IMG/VR virus record: IMGVR_UViG_3300045988_132388
Length of the DNA: 64,000 nucleotides
Reading direction: 5' to 3' (one strand)
DNA from: a virus
Both the position numbers and the translations under genes were made by a program. This document shows positions 47,387 through 55,930 of the stretch, piece after piece. Every line of letters begins with the position of its first letter. Within the stretch, counting starts at the first letter, position 1. The notes beneath the pieces were generated by a model, which worked only from the letters and a program-made list of their open reading frames with translations, was not told the origin of the DNA and did not search any database.

Positions 47387-48081
47387 TCAGTCCCATTCAT
47401 CATTTACAGTAATATCCACGCCTTCCTTTTCTCTTATACGTTCCGACCGAAGGGGCAGGACGCAATACTTCGTCTTCATTCCGGCGCGCGTCACGGTGGA
47501 GTGAGGCGTGAAGGTATAGTATTCGCCCGTGCCATACTGTGTGCCTCTTGCCTTGGCATCTGCATCCGCAGGAGTATCGTAGCACAATATGCGCTGCTTG
47601 CTATACCAGTAGCCTTCGGGCAAGTCGGCATACTTCAACACCTGCGCAGCCTCCAATCTCGTAGGCAGTCTGTAGCGAGAGTCGGTAATCAGCACCGATG
47701 GGGTGGGGCAGTCTTCTACAGGCGTGAGCACGTTCGCCGTTACCGTCCATGGTGCTGACGTAGCATCGAGTAGGGTAGGGTTGTCGCTCCTTGTTGCCAC
47801 CACCTTCAGCACGTGCTCACCATAGTCGAGCGTCAGGTCAGGCTCGGCAAAGTCCGTTGCCGTGCTCGTCTGATGGAGCACCTGCAGCAGCTTACCCGTC
47901 GCCTTGTCGTAGTCCATGACATAGAGGTCTGTCAGCATGCTGCCGTTAGCAGAAAGTGCGGCACGGGTGCCTTGCCTGTCGGTTGTCCGCTCTCTACTAA
48001 ATCTTCGTTGTCACCGTTGCATGATACAATCGTCATGCCTGCGGCTGCAATGGCAGCAATCATCATCAAATTAGATTTCAT
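47387..48081 (-). pseudogene. lipoprotein gene split by a frameshift (signal peptide and body in different frames)
   Basis: ATG at 48081 gives MKSNLMMIAAIAAAGMTIVSCNGDNEDL... and stops at 47 aa. The 183-aa ORF 47387-47938 is open upstream in another frame (..GTRAALSANGSMLTD..). The body contains YRLPTRLEAAQVL (DUF1566-like). Confidence 0.5.
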
Positions 48082-48201
48082 AATCTTTAGATTTTAGTTA
48101 GTAAATTGATTTTGAAGCCAACAGAAAACACAAAATCCACAGAATATTTTAATAGACAAATTCCGTTCATTCCGTACCTTCTGTTGGCTTATAACAGTGG
48201 C

Positions 48202-48432
48202 TTACCCTACAAGCGAACGGACAAGGTTTGATCCCTTCTCTGTCAGCTCATACACATCCTCATTGAACATTCGCTGATACCACTTTGTAAGATAACCTGC
48301 TTCAACAAGCTCCTCCAGCTCGGGGCACGCTGCCGTTCCGTCGCTTCTACGATGATACCCTGCGAAGCCTTTGTTCCGGATATGCTTCATTTCCATAATC
48401 TGCTCACTTGAAAATTTCTCTGTTTCTGCCAT
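48202..48432 (-). CDS. hypothetical protein
   Basis: 76-aa ORF. Confidence 0.5.
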   Translation of the reverse strand: MAETEKFSSEQIMEMKHIRNKGFAGYHRRSDGTAACPELEELVEAGYLTKWYQRMFNEDVYELTEKGSNLVRSLVG

Positions 48433-48499
48433 AATTATATAAAGTTAAAGTTTAAAATGTTATATTATGTCTATAAAAGAGGCAGTCCTTATAGTTGTT

Positions 48500-48814
48500 T
48501 CACCTCTTCTTTACCTTCTTCTCTGAAAGAGAGACTGCCTGTTTCTTCTTCAACCAGGGATAGAGCCAATACCCCTCATAGGGCTGTTGAGCTCTAATGA
48601 TAGCATATTCTTCGTTATGCTGAAACAAATCGCTTGGAATCTTCTCTATCACCTTCCCTTCCAGCTCGAAATAATGCGTCACCCTGCACTCCTTCAGGAG
48701 TTCATAAAACGGATCGTCGAAATAATCGGCGAAGATATGCTCCTGAGTGTCAAGATTCAGAAACTCAAACGAGCAAAAAGGGGCGTCAAAGAAGGCTTTT
48801 AGTATTTTGTACAT
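48500..48814 (-). CDS. hypothetical protein
   Basis: 104-aa ORF. Confidence 0.55.
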   Translation of the reverse strand: MYKILKAFFDAPFCSFEFLNLDTQEHIFADYFDDPFYELLKECRVTHYFELEGKVIEKIPSDLFQHNEEYAIIRAQQPYEGYWLYPWLKKKQAVSLSEKKVKKR

Positions 48815-48876
48815 TGCTCTTACATTAATGAAAATTATTATTCATTCCTCTGCGCATTCTGCGTATTCTGCGGTTA

Positions 48877-50406
48877 TTATTTACTGAACGCACCTCCAAG
48901 AAGCGGTAGCAAGAAAACTCCTGCACCAAGCAGTGAGAACAGCAATACACATGCGGCTGCAATCAGCAGGGCTGCCAACGCATAGGTCAGAATTTTCTGG
49001 GCGCTGAAAGGAGAACTTTTCGACATCAACACGGTGCCATCGTTGTTTACTCGCAGCGTCGGCTCGCCTACCTGCGGATAGTTACGCTTGCGCTTCGGCT
49101 TCGGCTGGGGTATAGGTTCCGACTCTACTTCTAACTCTACATCCGACTTTGCTTCCGGCTCCTTACTCTGATTGAAATCCTGCTCTATAACGTGAGGCTC
49201 CGGATGATGAACAATACCCGATTCTTCCTCCACCTTACCATCCACACACACGATAACGTCGCCGTGCAAGCTGACCTCTATCTTGCAGCCCGGCACAAGG
49301 TCCTTTTGGTTGAAGGTCTTTTCGCTTCCGCAGTTGGCATGGGCAAAGCAGTGACCGTTCATCTCCACTTCGTCGAAGTCGGCTACATACGTCACCTTGC
49401 CAGTCTTCTCGCCTACCGTGGTATGATGGCCGCGATAAGTGGTAACAGCCTTGAATACGGGACGAAACTTAAACGCGCAGTTATATTTAGCGTCATGGTC
49501 GGTCTGTCCGATGCGGTCGTAATAGTCGTAGTTGTCAAACTTGAATACGAGTCCGTCGGTAGGGTAGGGCAGCTTCTCGCGCTTCACCTCGGCAGCACAC
49601 ACGACGTTCTCGATGTCCTGCTCCAGCTCGGCATCCGTCTTTTCGAGATTGAGAGCCGACACGAAGCCCGAAGTCTTAAAGCCGTTACGCTCCAAGGCTT
49701 GCATCGCCGGCATGTGTCTTGTCACTCCATCCATGATAAGACGGAAGGGATGAAACTCCAGACGCTTGCACTCGTCCTTTACAGCCACCTTCTTGGACAT
49801 GATGCCGTTGCTCGTAGAACGGGGTGATTTGCCAGCCTTGCTATAACGGACAAACTCCTCAAGCGAGATAATAACCTCACCTCTCACCTCCACTCGGTCG
49901 TACTGGCTCCATGTGTCCACATGGGCAGGGACACCCTGCACATGCTTTATATGGTCCAGGCAGTCGTTGCCAAACAGCTCCTTGCCATGCCCATAGGTGG
50001 CTTCTGCCAACACTCCCTGGCGATATACTAAGCTCACGGTCTCGCCGTCAAACTTCCATTCTACAGCTACCTCCGTGCCCTTGCTGCTGATGTTTGCGGC
50101 TCTCTGCTGCGCTCTCAGGTATTTCACCACCGCCTTGGCATCATGCAACTTCTTCATGGAGAGGCATGCCGTGCGACGTGCCACGGTACGCTTGCCGTTG
50201 CCGTTCTCGCTGTAGCACTGCTGAGTAGGAGAGTCGGGCAATATCTCGTCCGCGTGCTGCTCTTCGTACTCCTGCAAGGCAAAGTACATCGCGTCGTATT
50301 CCTCGTCGCTGATGGTCGGACAGTTCAGCCCGAAGTATCTATAGTCGTGCATCTTCACCACGTCCACCAACGCACGATAATCGTCAAAATCCTTAATCTT
50401 AGCCAT
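48877..50406 (-). CDS. ligA: NAD-dependent DNA ligase (LigA-type adenylation + OB) lacking HhH/BRCT, with C-terminal TM segment
   Basis: N-terminus YRYFGLNCPTISDEEYDAMYFALQEYEEQHADEILPDSPTQ. KxDG motif EWKFDGETVSLVY. Only 509 aa. The last ~40 aa (ILTYALAALLIAAACVLLFSLLGAGVFLLPLLGGAFSK) are hydrophobic. Confidence 0.75.
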   Translation of the reverse strand: MAKIKDFDDYRALVDVVKMHDYRYFGLNCPTISDEEYDAMYFALQEYEEQHADEILPDSPTQQCYSENGNGKRTVARRTACLSMKKLHDAKAVVKYLRAQQRAANISSKGTEVAVEWKFDGETVSLVYRQGVLAEATYGHGKELFGNDCLDHIKHVQGVPAHVDTWSQYDRVEVRGEVIISLEEFVRYSKAGKSPRSTSNGIMSKKVAVKDECKRLEFHPFRLIMDGVTRHMPAMQALERNGFKTSGFVSALNLEKTDAELEQDIENVVCAAEVKREKLPYPTDGLVFKFDNYDYYDRIGQTDHDAKYNCAFKFRPVFKAVTTYRGHHTTVGEKTGKVTYVADFDEVEMNGHCFAHANCGSEKTFNQKDLVPGCKIEVSLHGDVIVCVDGKVEEESGIVHHPEPHVIEQDFNQSKEPEAKSDVELEVESEPIPQPKPKRKRNYPQVGEPTLRVNNDGTVLMSKSSPFSAQKILTYALAALLIAAACVLLFSLLGAGVFLLPLLGGAFSK

Positions 50407-50441
50407 ATTCTATAAAGTATTTAAAATGTTATTATTTATTT

Positions 50442-51002
50442 TCACTTCTCTACTTGCGCCAATACGCCTACGACCCGTGCTTTGTCGTCGATGTACCTAT
50501 TAACCAGACAATAGTCGCCTGTCTTCACCTGCTCGTAAGTAATACGCTTATAATCCCCGAAGCTTCCCGACGGTCTGTAATAACGTCGCTTACTTTCGTC
50601 TTCAGGGCATTCTGACGGTGAACTAATAACAAGGGAGCCAATGTTATTGCGGAAAACGCCATCTTTCCACGTTCCTTCCTTGTAAACATGGTAAGTCTCA
50701 GGCTCTTTTACCTCCGACAATATCATGTCGCGAGCCTTCAATCCTAAGTCAGCATAAGGCTCGGTAAGGTCTACCTCAAAATCAAAGCAGGTTGCAGCGC
50801 GAAGAATGCACATCGCATAATCTGTCACAGCACCCTTGCCTCCGCTCGTAACGCGCACACAGCGCATGGTCTCCGTGATATACTGGCCGCCTCCGTGCTG
50901 GATGATCCACTCATGCACATCGTCGGCTACGATATACCGCCGTGTCCTGCCCTCCATGGCAGGGCGACCGGCTCTTGTATTTTCAGTCTTTATAATTTCC
51001 AT
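50442..51002 (-). CDS. hypothetical protein
   Basis: 186-aa ORF. Confidence 0.6.
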   Translation of the reverse strand: MEIIKTENTRAGRPAMEGRTRRYIVADDVHEWIIQHGGGQYITETMRCVRVTSGGKGAVTDYAMCILRAATCFDFEVDLTEPYADLGLKARDMILSEVKEPETYHVYKEGTWKDGVFRNNIGSLVISSPSECPEDESKRRYYRPSGSFGDYKRITYEQVKTGDYCLVNRYIDDKARVVGVLAQVEK

Positions 51003-51014
51003 ATTTCCGTCGTT

Positions 51015-51665
51015 TTAATCCTCGTCTATAATACCGTTGTATGTAGCCTCTTTCACTTTCAGCTCCGCAGGCAGCCATGCAGGCCACCAGGTAACATCTA
51101 ACGCCCATTGGTGCATATCGCAACCCTCTGTACGATAACTCCAAAACACGTGCAAGATACTGAACACTTCCCAAGCCTCGCTGTCGGTCAGCTCCGACAA
51201 CACGCCTCTCAGATTCTCCTCTTCGGCTTTCGTCATATCCACACTTTTCTCCATCTCCAACCAGTCGCACACCTCGGCATACAACATACAAGCAGCGTGC
51301 ACCGAGTCCACATCCGTCAACAGCAGACTGTTTGTAGCCGCAGCCATAGCGAGCCAGTAGTTTTCATTGCTCAACTTCCAAATAGCAGAGCGACGATCGT
51401 CCCAGTCATCACACAATGCTACCTCTGCATGATTCTCTGCCATCCAGTCGCCTATCTCTCGCATGATACATGCCATTCCCGACGCATCGGAAGGGTCGAA
51501 GTCGGCGGGGATTTTTACCTCCTGACTTTCATTAAACAAACCTTCGCGAAACTCAATCGCGATGCCACTCTCATTGTCCTTCACCGTCCACATCAGATTC
51601 TTGCCCGATGTCAACTCAAATCTTTCTTTTGCCATAATATTTCTTTTTATTTTTTTACTTTTCAA
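51015..51665 (-). CDS. hypothetical protein
   Basis: 216-aa ORF. Confidence 0.6.
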   Translation of the reverse strand: MKSKKIKRNIMAKERFELTSGKNLMWTVKDNESGIAIEFREGLFNESQEVKIPADFDPSDASGMACIMREIGDWMAENHAEVALCDDWDDRRSAIWKLSNENYWLAMAAATNSLLLTDVDSVHAACMLYAEVCDWLEMEKSVDMTKAEEENLRGVLSELTDSEAWEVFSILHVFWSYRTEGCDMHQWALDVTWWPAWLPAELKVKEATYNGIIDED

Positions 51666-51879
51666 TCATTTTCAGTTCCGCGCCTAACGCTCCTGCAATC
51701 TTGTTGAGAACGTCGATATTAACGGCATACTTGCCGGCTTCCACACTGCGGACGTTGGCAGGAGTGATACCCGCGATCTGGGCGAGCTGCTCCTGCTCCC
51801 AACCCTGGGCGGTGCGCATCGCACGGATGCTCTCGCCCATGGCCTTACGCTTGTCATAAATTATTTGGTCTTTTTCCAT
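51655..51879 (-). CDS. XRE-family HTH protein
   Basis: IRAMRTAQGWEQEQLAQIAGITPANVRSVEAGKYAVNIDVLNKIAGALG is a typical HTH_3 domain. Confidence 0.75.
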   Translation of the reverse strand: MEKDQIIYDKRKAMGESIRAMRTAQGWEQEQLAQIAGITPANVRSVEAGKYAVNIDVLNKIAGALGAELKMIEK

Positions 51880-51898
51880 ATTGTCTATAATAAATCAA

Positions 51899-52678
51899 TT
51901 ATTTGTCGTTCTTTTCTGCCTCCTCCAGCTTCATGTATATCAGCGTGTACTTGTCGTAATACTGACGCGGTGCAGCCGAAGAGTAATATGTGTTCCGGCT
52001 CTCCTTGATGCAGGGAGCTGCATCCACAATACGCTTGCCGAAGCCCTGAATGGCGTGAGTCTTGCCGATGATGGAGATACCAGACAGGTATGCTTCGCGC
52101 ACCTTCACGGCAAAACGATGTAAAGCGGCTTTACTATTCTTCTCCTCCTTCATCACCTTTGCCAACACCTTCAGATGGTCGGTCGTTCGTGCTTTCGTGC
52201 GCAGCTCCACCGTGCCCTTCTTCTTATAGTTGATGCAAACGGCATACTCACCAGGCTTCAGTTGTTCCAGGTGCTCCTCCAGTTGGTCGTACCGCTGCAG
52301 CACTTCAATAGGCTTGACAATCACGCTGTCCTTTGTGCCGGCAAGTGCAGCCCTGATTTCCCGGGCTTCCTGTAAAGCCTTTGCTTTCGCTTCTGCTTCC
52401 GCTTTCAGGCGCTGCTCCTCACGCTCTCGCTGTGCTGTCTCCTCGGCTATCTCGCGATCCACGGAAGCGCGTATCTCAGCAACATCGTTGCCCATGTCCC
52501 TGCAAGCTGCCCAAAGACCGCCGCCGAACGTTTTATGGCTGTTGATTAGTCTTTTTTCATTGTCACACCTACTGCCATCCATCCGAGTGACACGCAGCCT
52601 CCCCGTCTGCTCGTCTCGATATACAAGCAAATATGTGGAACGCAGTTTCTTCGACTTCCAAACTCTGATTTTTTCCAT
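51899..52678 (-). CDS. hypothetical protein with central coiled coil
   Basis: 259-aa ORF. Confidence 0.6.
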   Translation of the reverse strand: MEKIRVWKSKKLRSTYLLVYRDEQTGRLRVTRMDGSRCDNEKRLINSHKTFGGGLWAACRDMGNDVAEIRASVDREIAEETAQREREEQRLKAEAEAKAKALQEAREIRAALAGTKDSVIVKPIEVLQRYDQLEEHLEQLKPGEYAVCINYKKKGTVELRTKARTTDHLKVLAKVMKEEKNSKAALHRFAVKVREAYLSGISIIGKTHAIQGFGKRIVDAAPCIKESRNTYYSSAAPRQYYDKYTLIYMKLEEAEKNDK

Positions 52679-52690
52679 AATTCTCTGTGA

Positions 52691-53050
52691 TTATAAATGC
52701 ACACTATAATAAGGCAATGCTTCAAATACTTCGCGCTCTATAACGTGATAGTATTGCGATTCATCCTCTGGCTCAATTCCGAGCAAATCGAAGCAGTCGC
52801 CAGACTCATTAGGTTCAGCCTTGATATACTGGCGTATGCTATACCATGATGATCCGTTTATGTTGTCGAGCAACATCTGACGTGTAGCCTCGGTATCACC
52901 ACCACCAAGGAAGTATTGTGCCTTCTTGCTCTTGAATACGAAATCGGCTGTAAGCTCTCTTGTCGCAAACAGGTAACGCTTGCCATTCTTGACGGAATAA
53001 TTATCGTCTGTCAAATCGTGAGGATTTCTTTCTACTTCGTAAATTTTCAT
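52691..53050 (-). CDS. hypothetical protein
   Basis: 119-aa ORF. Confidence 0.55.
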   Translation of the reverse strand: MKIYEVERNPHDLTDDNYSVKNGKRYLFATRELTADFVFKSKKAQYFLGGGDTEATRQMLLDNINGSSWYSIRQYIKAEPNESGDCFDLLGIEPEDESQYYHVIEREVFEALPYYSVHL

Positions 53051-53070
53051 ATCGTTTCCGCTTTACAGAA

Positions 53071-53475
53071 TTACCTGTTCTCTTTATATATATTCGCCTG
53101 GTCTTCAATGGCCTTCTTCAATGTCCAGTCAGACTTCGGATAAACGCCATCACTAAGGCCGGCATTAAAATTCACGTAGAAGTCTTCTCTGTCCTCTCTT
53201 ACTGTAATGGTCCTACCATCATACTCAATATCCTGTCCATCATTATCGCAGACTTCCCATCCTTCAGAGGTATAAGACAAAATCTTATCGCCGTCAGTAA
53301 CATAATCTTCGTCGTCATACTCTATGTCATCAGAATCATCCGTATAAAGCCAATACGTACTATCCTCGCATATTTCACGCACAAGTCCGCAGCAATCGTC
53401 TTCAGGATTCTTCTCACAATATTCTGTCAAAAACTCTTTCAAGTCGTCTAATGTCTTAATGTCTGATTTTTTCAT
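53071..53475 (-). CDS. strongly acidic hypothetical protein
   Basis: 134 aa with long D/E-rich stretches (DDSDDIEYDDEDYVTDGD). Confidence 0.6.
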   Translation of the reverse strand: MKKSDIKTLDDLKEFLTEYCEKNPEDDCCGLVREICEDSTYWLYTDDSDDIEYDDEDYVTDGDKILSYTSEGWEVCDNDGQDIEYDGRTITVREDREDFYVNFNAGLSDGVYPKSDWTLKKAIEDQANIYKENR

Positions 53476-53507
53476 ATTGCTATACGTTTTTAGTTTTATA
53501 TTTTAAT

Positions 53508-53990
53508 TTATCTCAATTCTTCGTCATAAATATACGACACATCATGCCACTCGCGGCAGAAATAGCCGCGCTTGCCGTATTCGTAGGCGAAGGAGAAGAT
53601 ACGAGACACGTCCCAGCAATCATCGTCAAGCTGTAATTTTTTCTTTGCTGCCATAAACTCCTCGCAGTCCGTGACTTCCTGGGCTGTACCGTTGTTGAAT
53701 TTCGCTGCATAGCGCAGCGCGGTTTCCTCATCGTCAATCATCTCGCAATCTCCATCTGTCACCACCCAGGTAGTAGGCAGGGTGTACCAAGGGAACTGCT
53801 TCGCGTTCTCCTCTTCGATATAGGCAGCCATGCGGTCTGCCACTTCGTCTATGTCGCCGTAGAAGTCTCCACACGCCGAATCATCCAATACGACATAATC
53901 GCCGTATGTCAAAATAAAACAGTTAGAATCATCCAAACTTTCGCGAACTTCAAAATCTCTTCCGTTTAATGTGATTTCCTTGATTTTCAT
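53508..53990 (-). CDS. acidic hypothetical protein
   Basis: 160-aa, D/E-rich ORF. First gene after a TACCTTTG box. Confidence 0.6.
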   Translation of the reverse strand: MKIKEITLNGRDFEVRESLDDSNCFILTYGDYVVLDDSACGDFYGDIDEVADRMAAYIEEENAKQFPWYTLPTTWVVTDGDCEMIDDEETALRYAAKFNNGTAQEVTDCEEFMAAKKKLQLDDDCWDVSRIFSFAYEYGKRGYFCREWHDVSYIYDEELR

Positions 53991-54058
53991 AATTTTTCTG
54001 CCGCTTATAGGTTGCCGCCCTGTTTAAGTTAGAAATAATGTTTTTTCTTTATCTGTTG

Positions 54059-54066
54059 CAAAGGTA
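54059..54066 (-). promoter_or_regulatory. Bacteroidota -7 box TACCTTTG
   Basis: caaaggta on the plus strand, 69 nt upstream of the start at 53990. Confidence 0.4.
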
Positions 54067-54240
54067 GTGATAATTTTTGAAACTACCAAATAAAAAGCCG
54101 TTTTATTTCAAGTAAAATGTACTTTTATTGTTTTTCTACCTTTTTACACCGGATTCCCCATATCTTCTGCGTCATCTGATGTTTTTTTAACAACAAATAT
54201 CACATATTAGTGCGATTAGTGTCATTCGTTGTTTTCTCAT

Positions 54241-54415
54241 TGTCGCCCATCCAGGAGCTCGAACCTGGCGCCACGCCTTGCCGTGGTGGGCGTTGCGCTG
54301 TGGCTATCCTCACGGACCGCCAGCAGCTAAAAAAATACTCTGAGTATCATTATGCAAGATCCCGCCGAAGGAGTCGAACCGTCGCAAAGGCCGTGCCGGA
54401 CGCGGGATGGGGTGC
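54241..54415 (-). ncRNA. structured RNA-like element, copy A (two tRNA-elbow-like modules plus a GNRA hairpin)
   Basis: Minus strand: a 7-bp closing stem ATCCCGC/GCGGGAT around a T-arm-like GACGG-TTCGACT-CCTTC; an A/T spacer ending in T7; the hairpin GCTG-C-TGGC-G-GTCC-GTGA-GGAT-A-GCCA-CAGC; then CGCCCA/TGGGCG closing a 4-bp D-like hairpin and CCAGG-TTCGAGCT-CCTGG. Confidence 0.5.
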
Positions 54416-54418
54416 GTT

Positions 54419-54598
54419 TTAGAACGTCTGACGGAGGCAAGAGAACAGTACATCAAGTCCTGAGTTGTACTCTATACGCTCCTTGCTGCTGAACTCGTCG
54501 AGGTTGGGAGGTGTCAGGGTGATGTACTCGATAATGCGTGTCATTGCCTCACGGAGGCTCTCTTTATCCATATCTATTGTTATAACTGTCTTTTCCAT
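54419..54598 (-). CDS. small hypothetical protein (59 aa)
   Basis: Hand-translated MEKTVITIDMDKESLREAMTRIIEYITLTPPNLDEFSSKERIEYNSGLDVLFSCLRQTF. Confidence 0.45.
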   Translation of the reverse strand: MEKTVITIDMDKESLREAMTRIIEYITLTPPNLDEFSSKERIEYNSGLDVLFSCLRQTF

Positions 54599-54624
54599 TG
54601 TTGTTTTAATTTTTATTTATATCG

Positions 54625-54753
54625 TTATTTGTTCGTAAATGCTCCTCCCAACAGAGGGAGGAAGAAAACGGCTGCTCCTAACAAGGAAAACAGCACTACA
54701 CACACGCTGGCTATCACCAAGGCTGCGATGATATAGGTTAACGCCTTCTTCAT
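54625..54753 (-). CDS. 42-aa single-pass membrane peptide, paralog of the ligase C-terminal tail
   Basis: MKKALTYIIAALVIASVCVVLFSLLGAAVFFLPLLGGAFTNK. Its ATG overlaps the upstream stop (ATGA). About 29 of 40 residues are identical to the end of ORF 48877-50406. Confidence 0.55.
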   Translation of the reverse strand: MKKALTYIIAALVIASVCVVLFSLLGAAVFFLPLLGGAFTNK

Positions 54754-55379
54754 CTGAGGAAATGATTACCCTCCAGCTTCGCCATCGTCTCCAGATATAC
54801 CATCTGCGAGGTATAGTAACAGAGATTTGTGTATGTAGTTATCCAGTTGTTATATTCTTTTTTCACTCGGTCGCTACGGTTTGAAAGGTCGAAGAGTCTC
54901 TTCCAACGCTGATAAATCTCGTCTGTATAGTCTCTCAGCGGTCTGAGAGACGTTTCCAAGTCGCAAGGCTTAGAGTATACGGGTGCCGGATAAGTAATCT
55001 CACCACTTGCCACCTTGTGAAATACTTGGCGGTAGACCTCGAACACTGCGCGAACCTTACGAGCGATGAAAAACTCAAGGCAAGGGACGGAGAGCATGTA
55101 GATGTTAGTCGGGCGACCTCCTTGAGGTTTTGCGCATCTTTGCGGAAAACTATCAGAGTTTTCCGCATTTCTGCGTAAAACTTGATAATCAATGTCTTCG
55201 ACAAACAATCTGTCGTTTTTCAAGGCTCTCACTGCCTCTTCTTTTCTGCCGAATACTAACGGCCACACATCATCGAGATTAACGGGAAATTCCTCGCTGT
55301 CTCTTGTCAATCTTAATACTTCCTCGAAGTACGCCTTAATCTCTTGATCGGTACTTTGTTTTGTTAATTGTAAAATCAT
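54750..55379 (-). CDS. hypothetical protein (possibly KilA/antirepressor-like DNA-binding)
   Basis: 209-aa ORF. The N-terminal FPVNLDDVWPLVFGRKEEAVRAL...DIDYQVL weakly recalls phage antirepressor-type domains. Confidence 0.55.
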   Translation of the reverse strand: MILQLTKQSTDQEIKAYFEEVLRLTRDSEEFPVNLDDVWPLVFGRKEEAVRALKNDRLFVEDIDYQVLRRNAENSDSFPQRCAKPQGGRPTNIYMLSVPCLEFFIARKVRAVFEVYRQVFHKVASGEITYPAPVYSKPCDLETSLRPLRDYTDEIYQRWKRLFDLSNRSDRVKKEYNNWITTYTNLCYYTSQMVYLETMAKLEGNHFLR

Positions 55380-55437
55380 ATTGTTTTGATAAAAAAAATG
55401 AAATCCTCAATATTTTATACACTATATAAAGAGGCGT

Positions 55438-55719
55438 TTACCACTTGATAGAAACTATCATTGCCACGAACATTACCACCACGCCGAAGCCGAGGTATTG
55501 CCACCCCGTCATTATTACGGGGTCTTCCTGGTCGGTGAAGTTGTGGCGACTGTTGAGCCACTGGCATACGCTCAGGGCTGCACGCTGTGCAAATCCGAAA
55601 GCTTTCGCCATGCACTGCAAAAGGAACACAAGACAAAGCGTCAGGCACTTGCAAAAAGATCGTGCTACGTCCGCTGCGCTCACCTGGGGCGCGGTCGGTG
55701 TTGTTGCTGTTGCTTTCAT
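55438..55719 (-). CDS. small membrane protein
   Basis: 93 aa with two hydrophobic helices. Confidence 0.5.
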   Translation of the reverse strand: MKATATTPTAPQVSAADVARSFCKCLTLCLVFLLQCMAKAFGFAQRAALSVCQWLNSRHNFTDQEDPVIMTGWQYLGFGVVVMFVAMIVSIKW

Positions 55720-55750
55720 ATCTTTCTAATTTTTATAGGGTTTATAATAT

Positions 55751-55930
55751 TGTCGCCCACCCAGGAGCTCGAACCTGGTGCCACGCCTTGCCGTGGTGGG
55801 CGTTGCGCTGTGGCTATCTTCACAGACTGCCAGCAGCAAAAAAATACTCTGATTATGATTATGCAAGATCCCGCCGATGGGGTCGAACCATCGTAGAGCC
55901 ATGCCGGGCGCGGGAGAAGAAGAGGTGGGG
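55751..55930 (-). ncRNA. structured RNA-like element, copy B
   Basis: Same architecture as copy A, with high identity by eye. The T-like arm is a perfect GATGG-TTCGACC-CCATC. The closing stem CGCCCAC/GTGGGCG is a perfect 7 bp. The GNRA hairpin carries a compensatory C:G to T:A change relative to copy A. Confidence 0.5.

Noticed and set aside
54241-55930. Interpreting the duplicated elements as tmRNA, ordinary tRNA genes or attP tRNA fragments
   Set aside because: There is no anticodon arm, no 7-nt anticodon loop and no G3:U70 pair. There is no plausible tag reading frame (the only short frames read AAGGP*/AAGSL*), and one T loop has 8 nt. No integrase is nearby, and the presence of two copies with a compensatory change argues against a simple att remnant.
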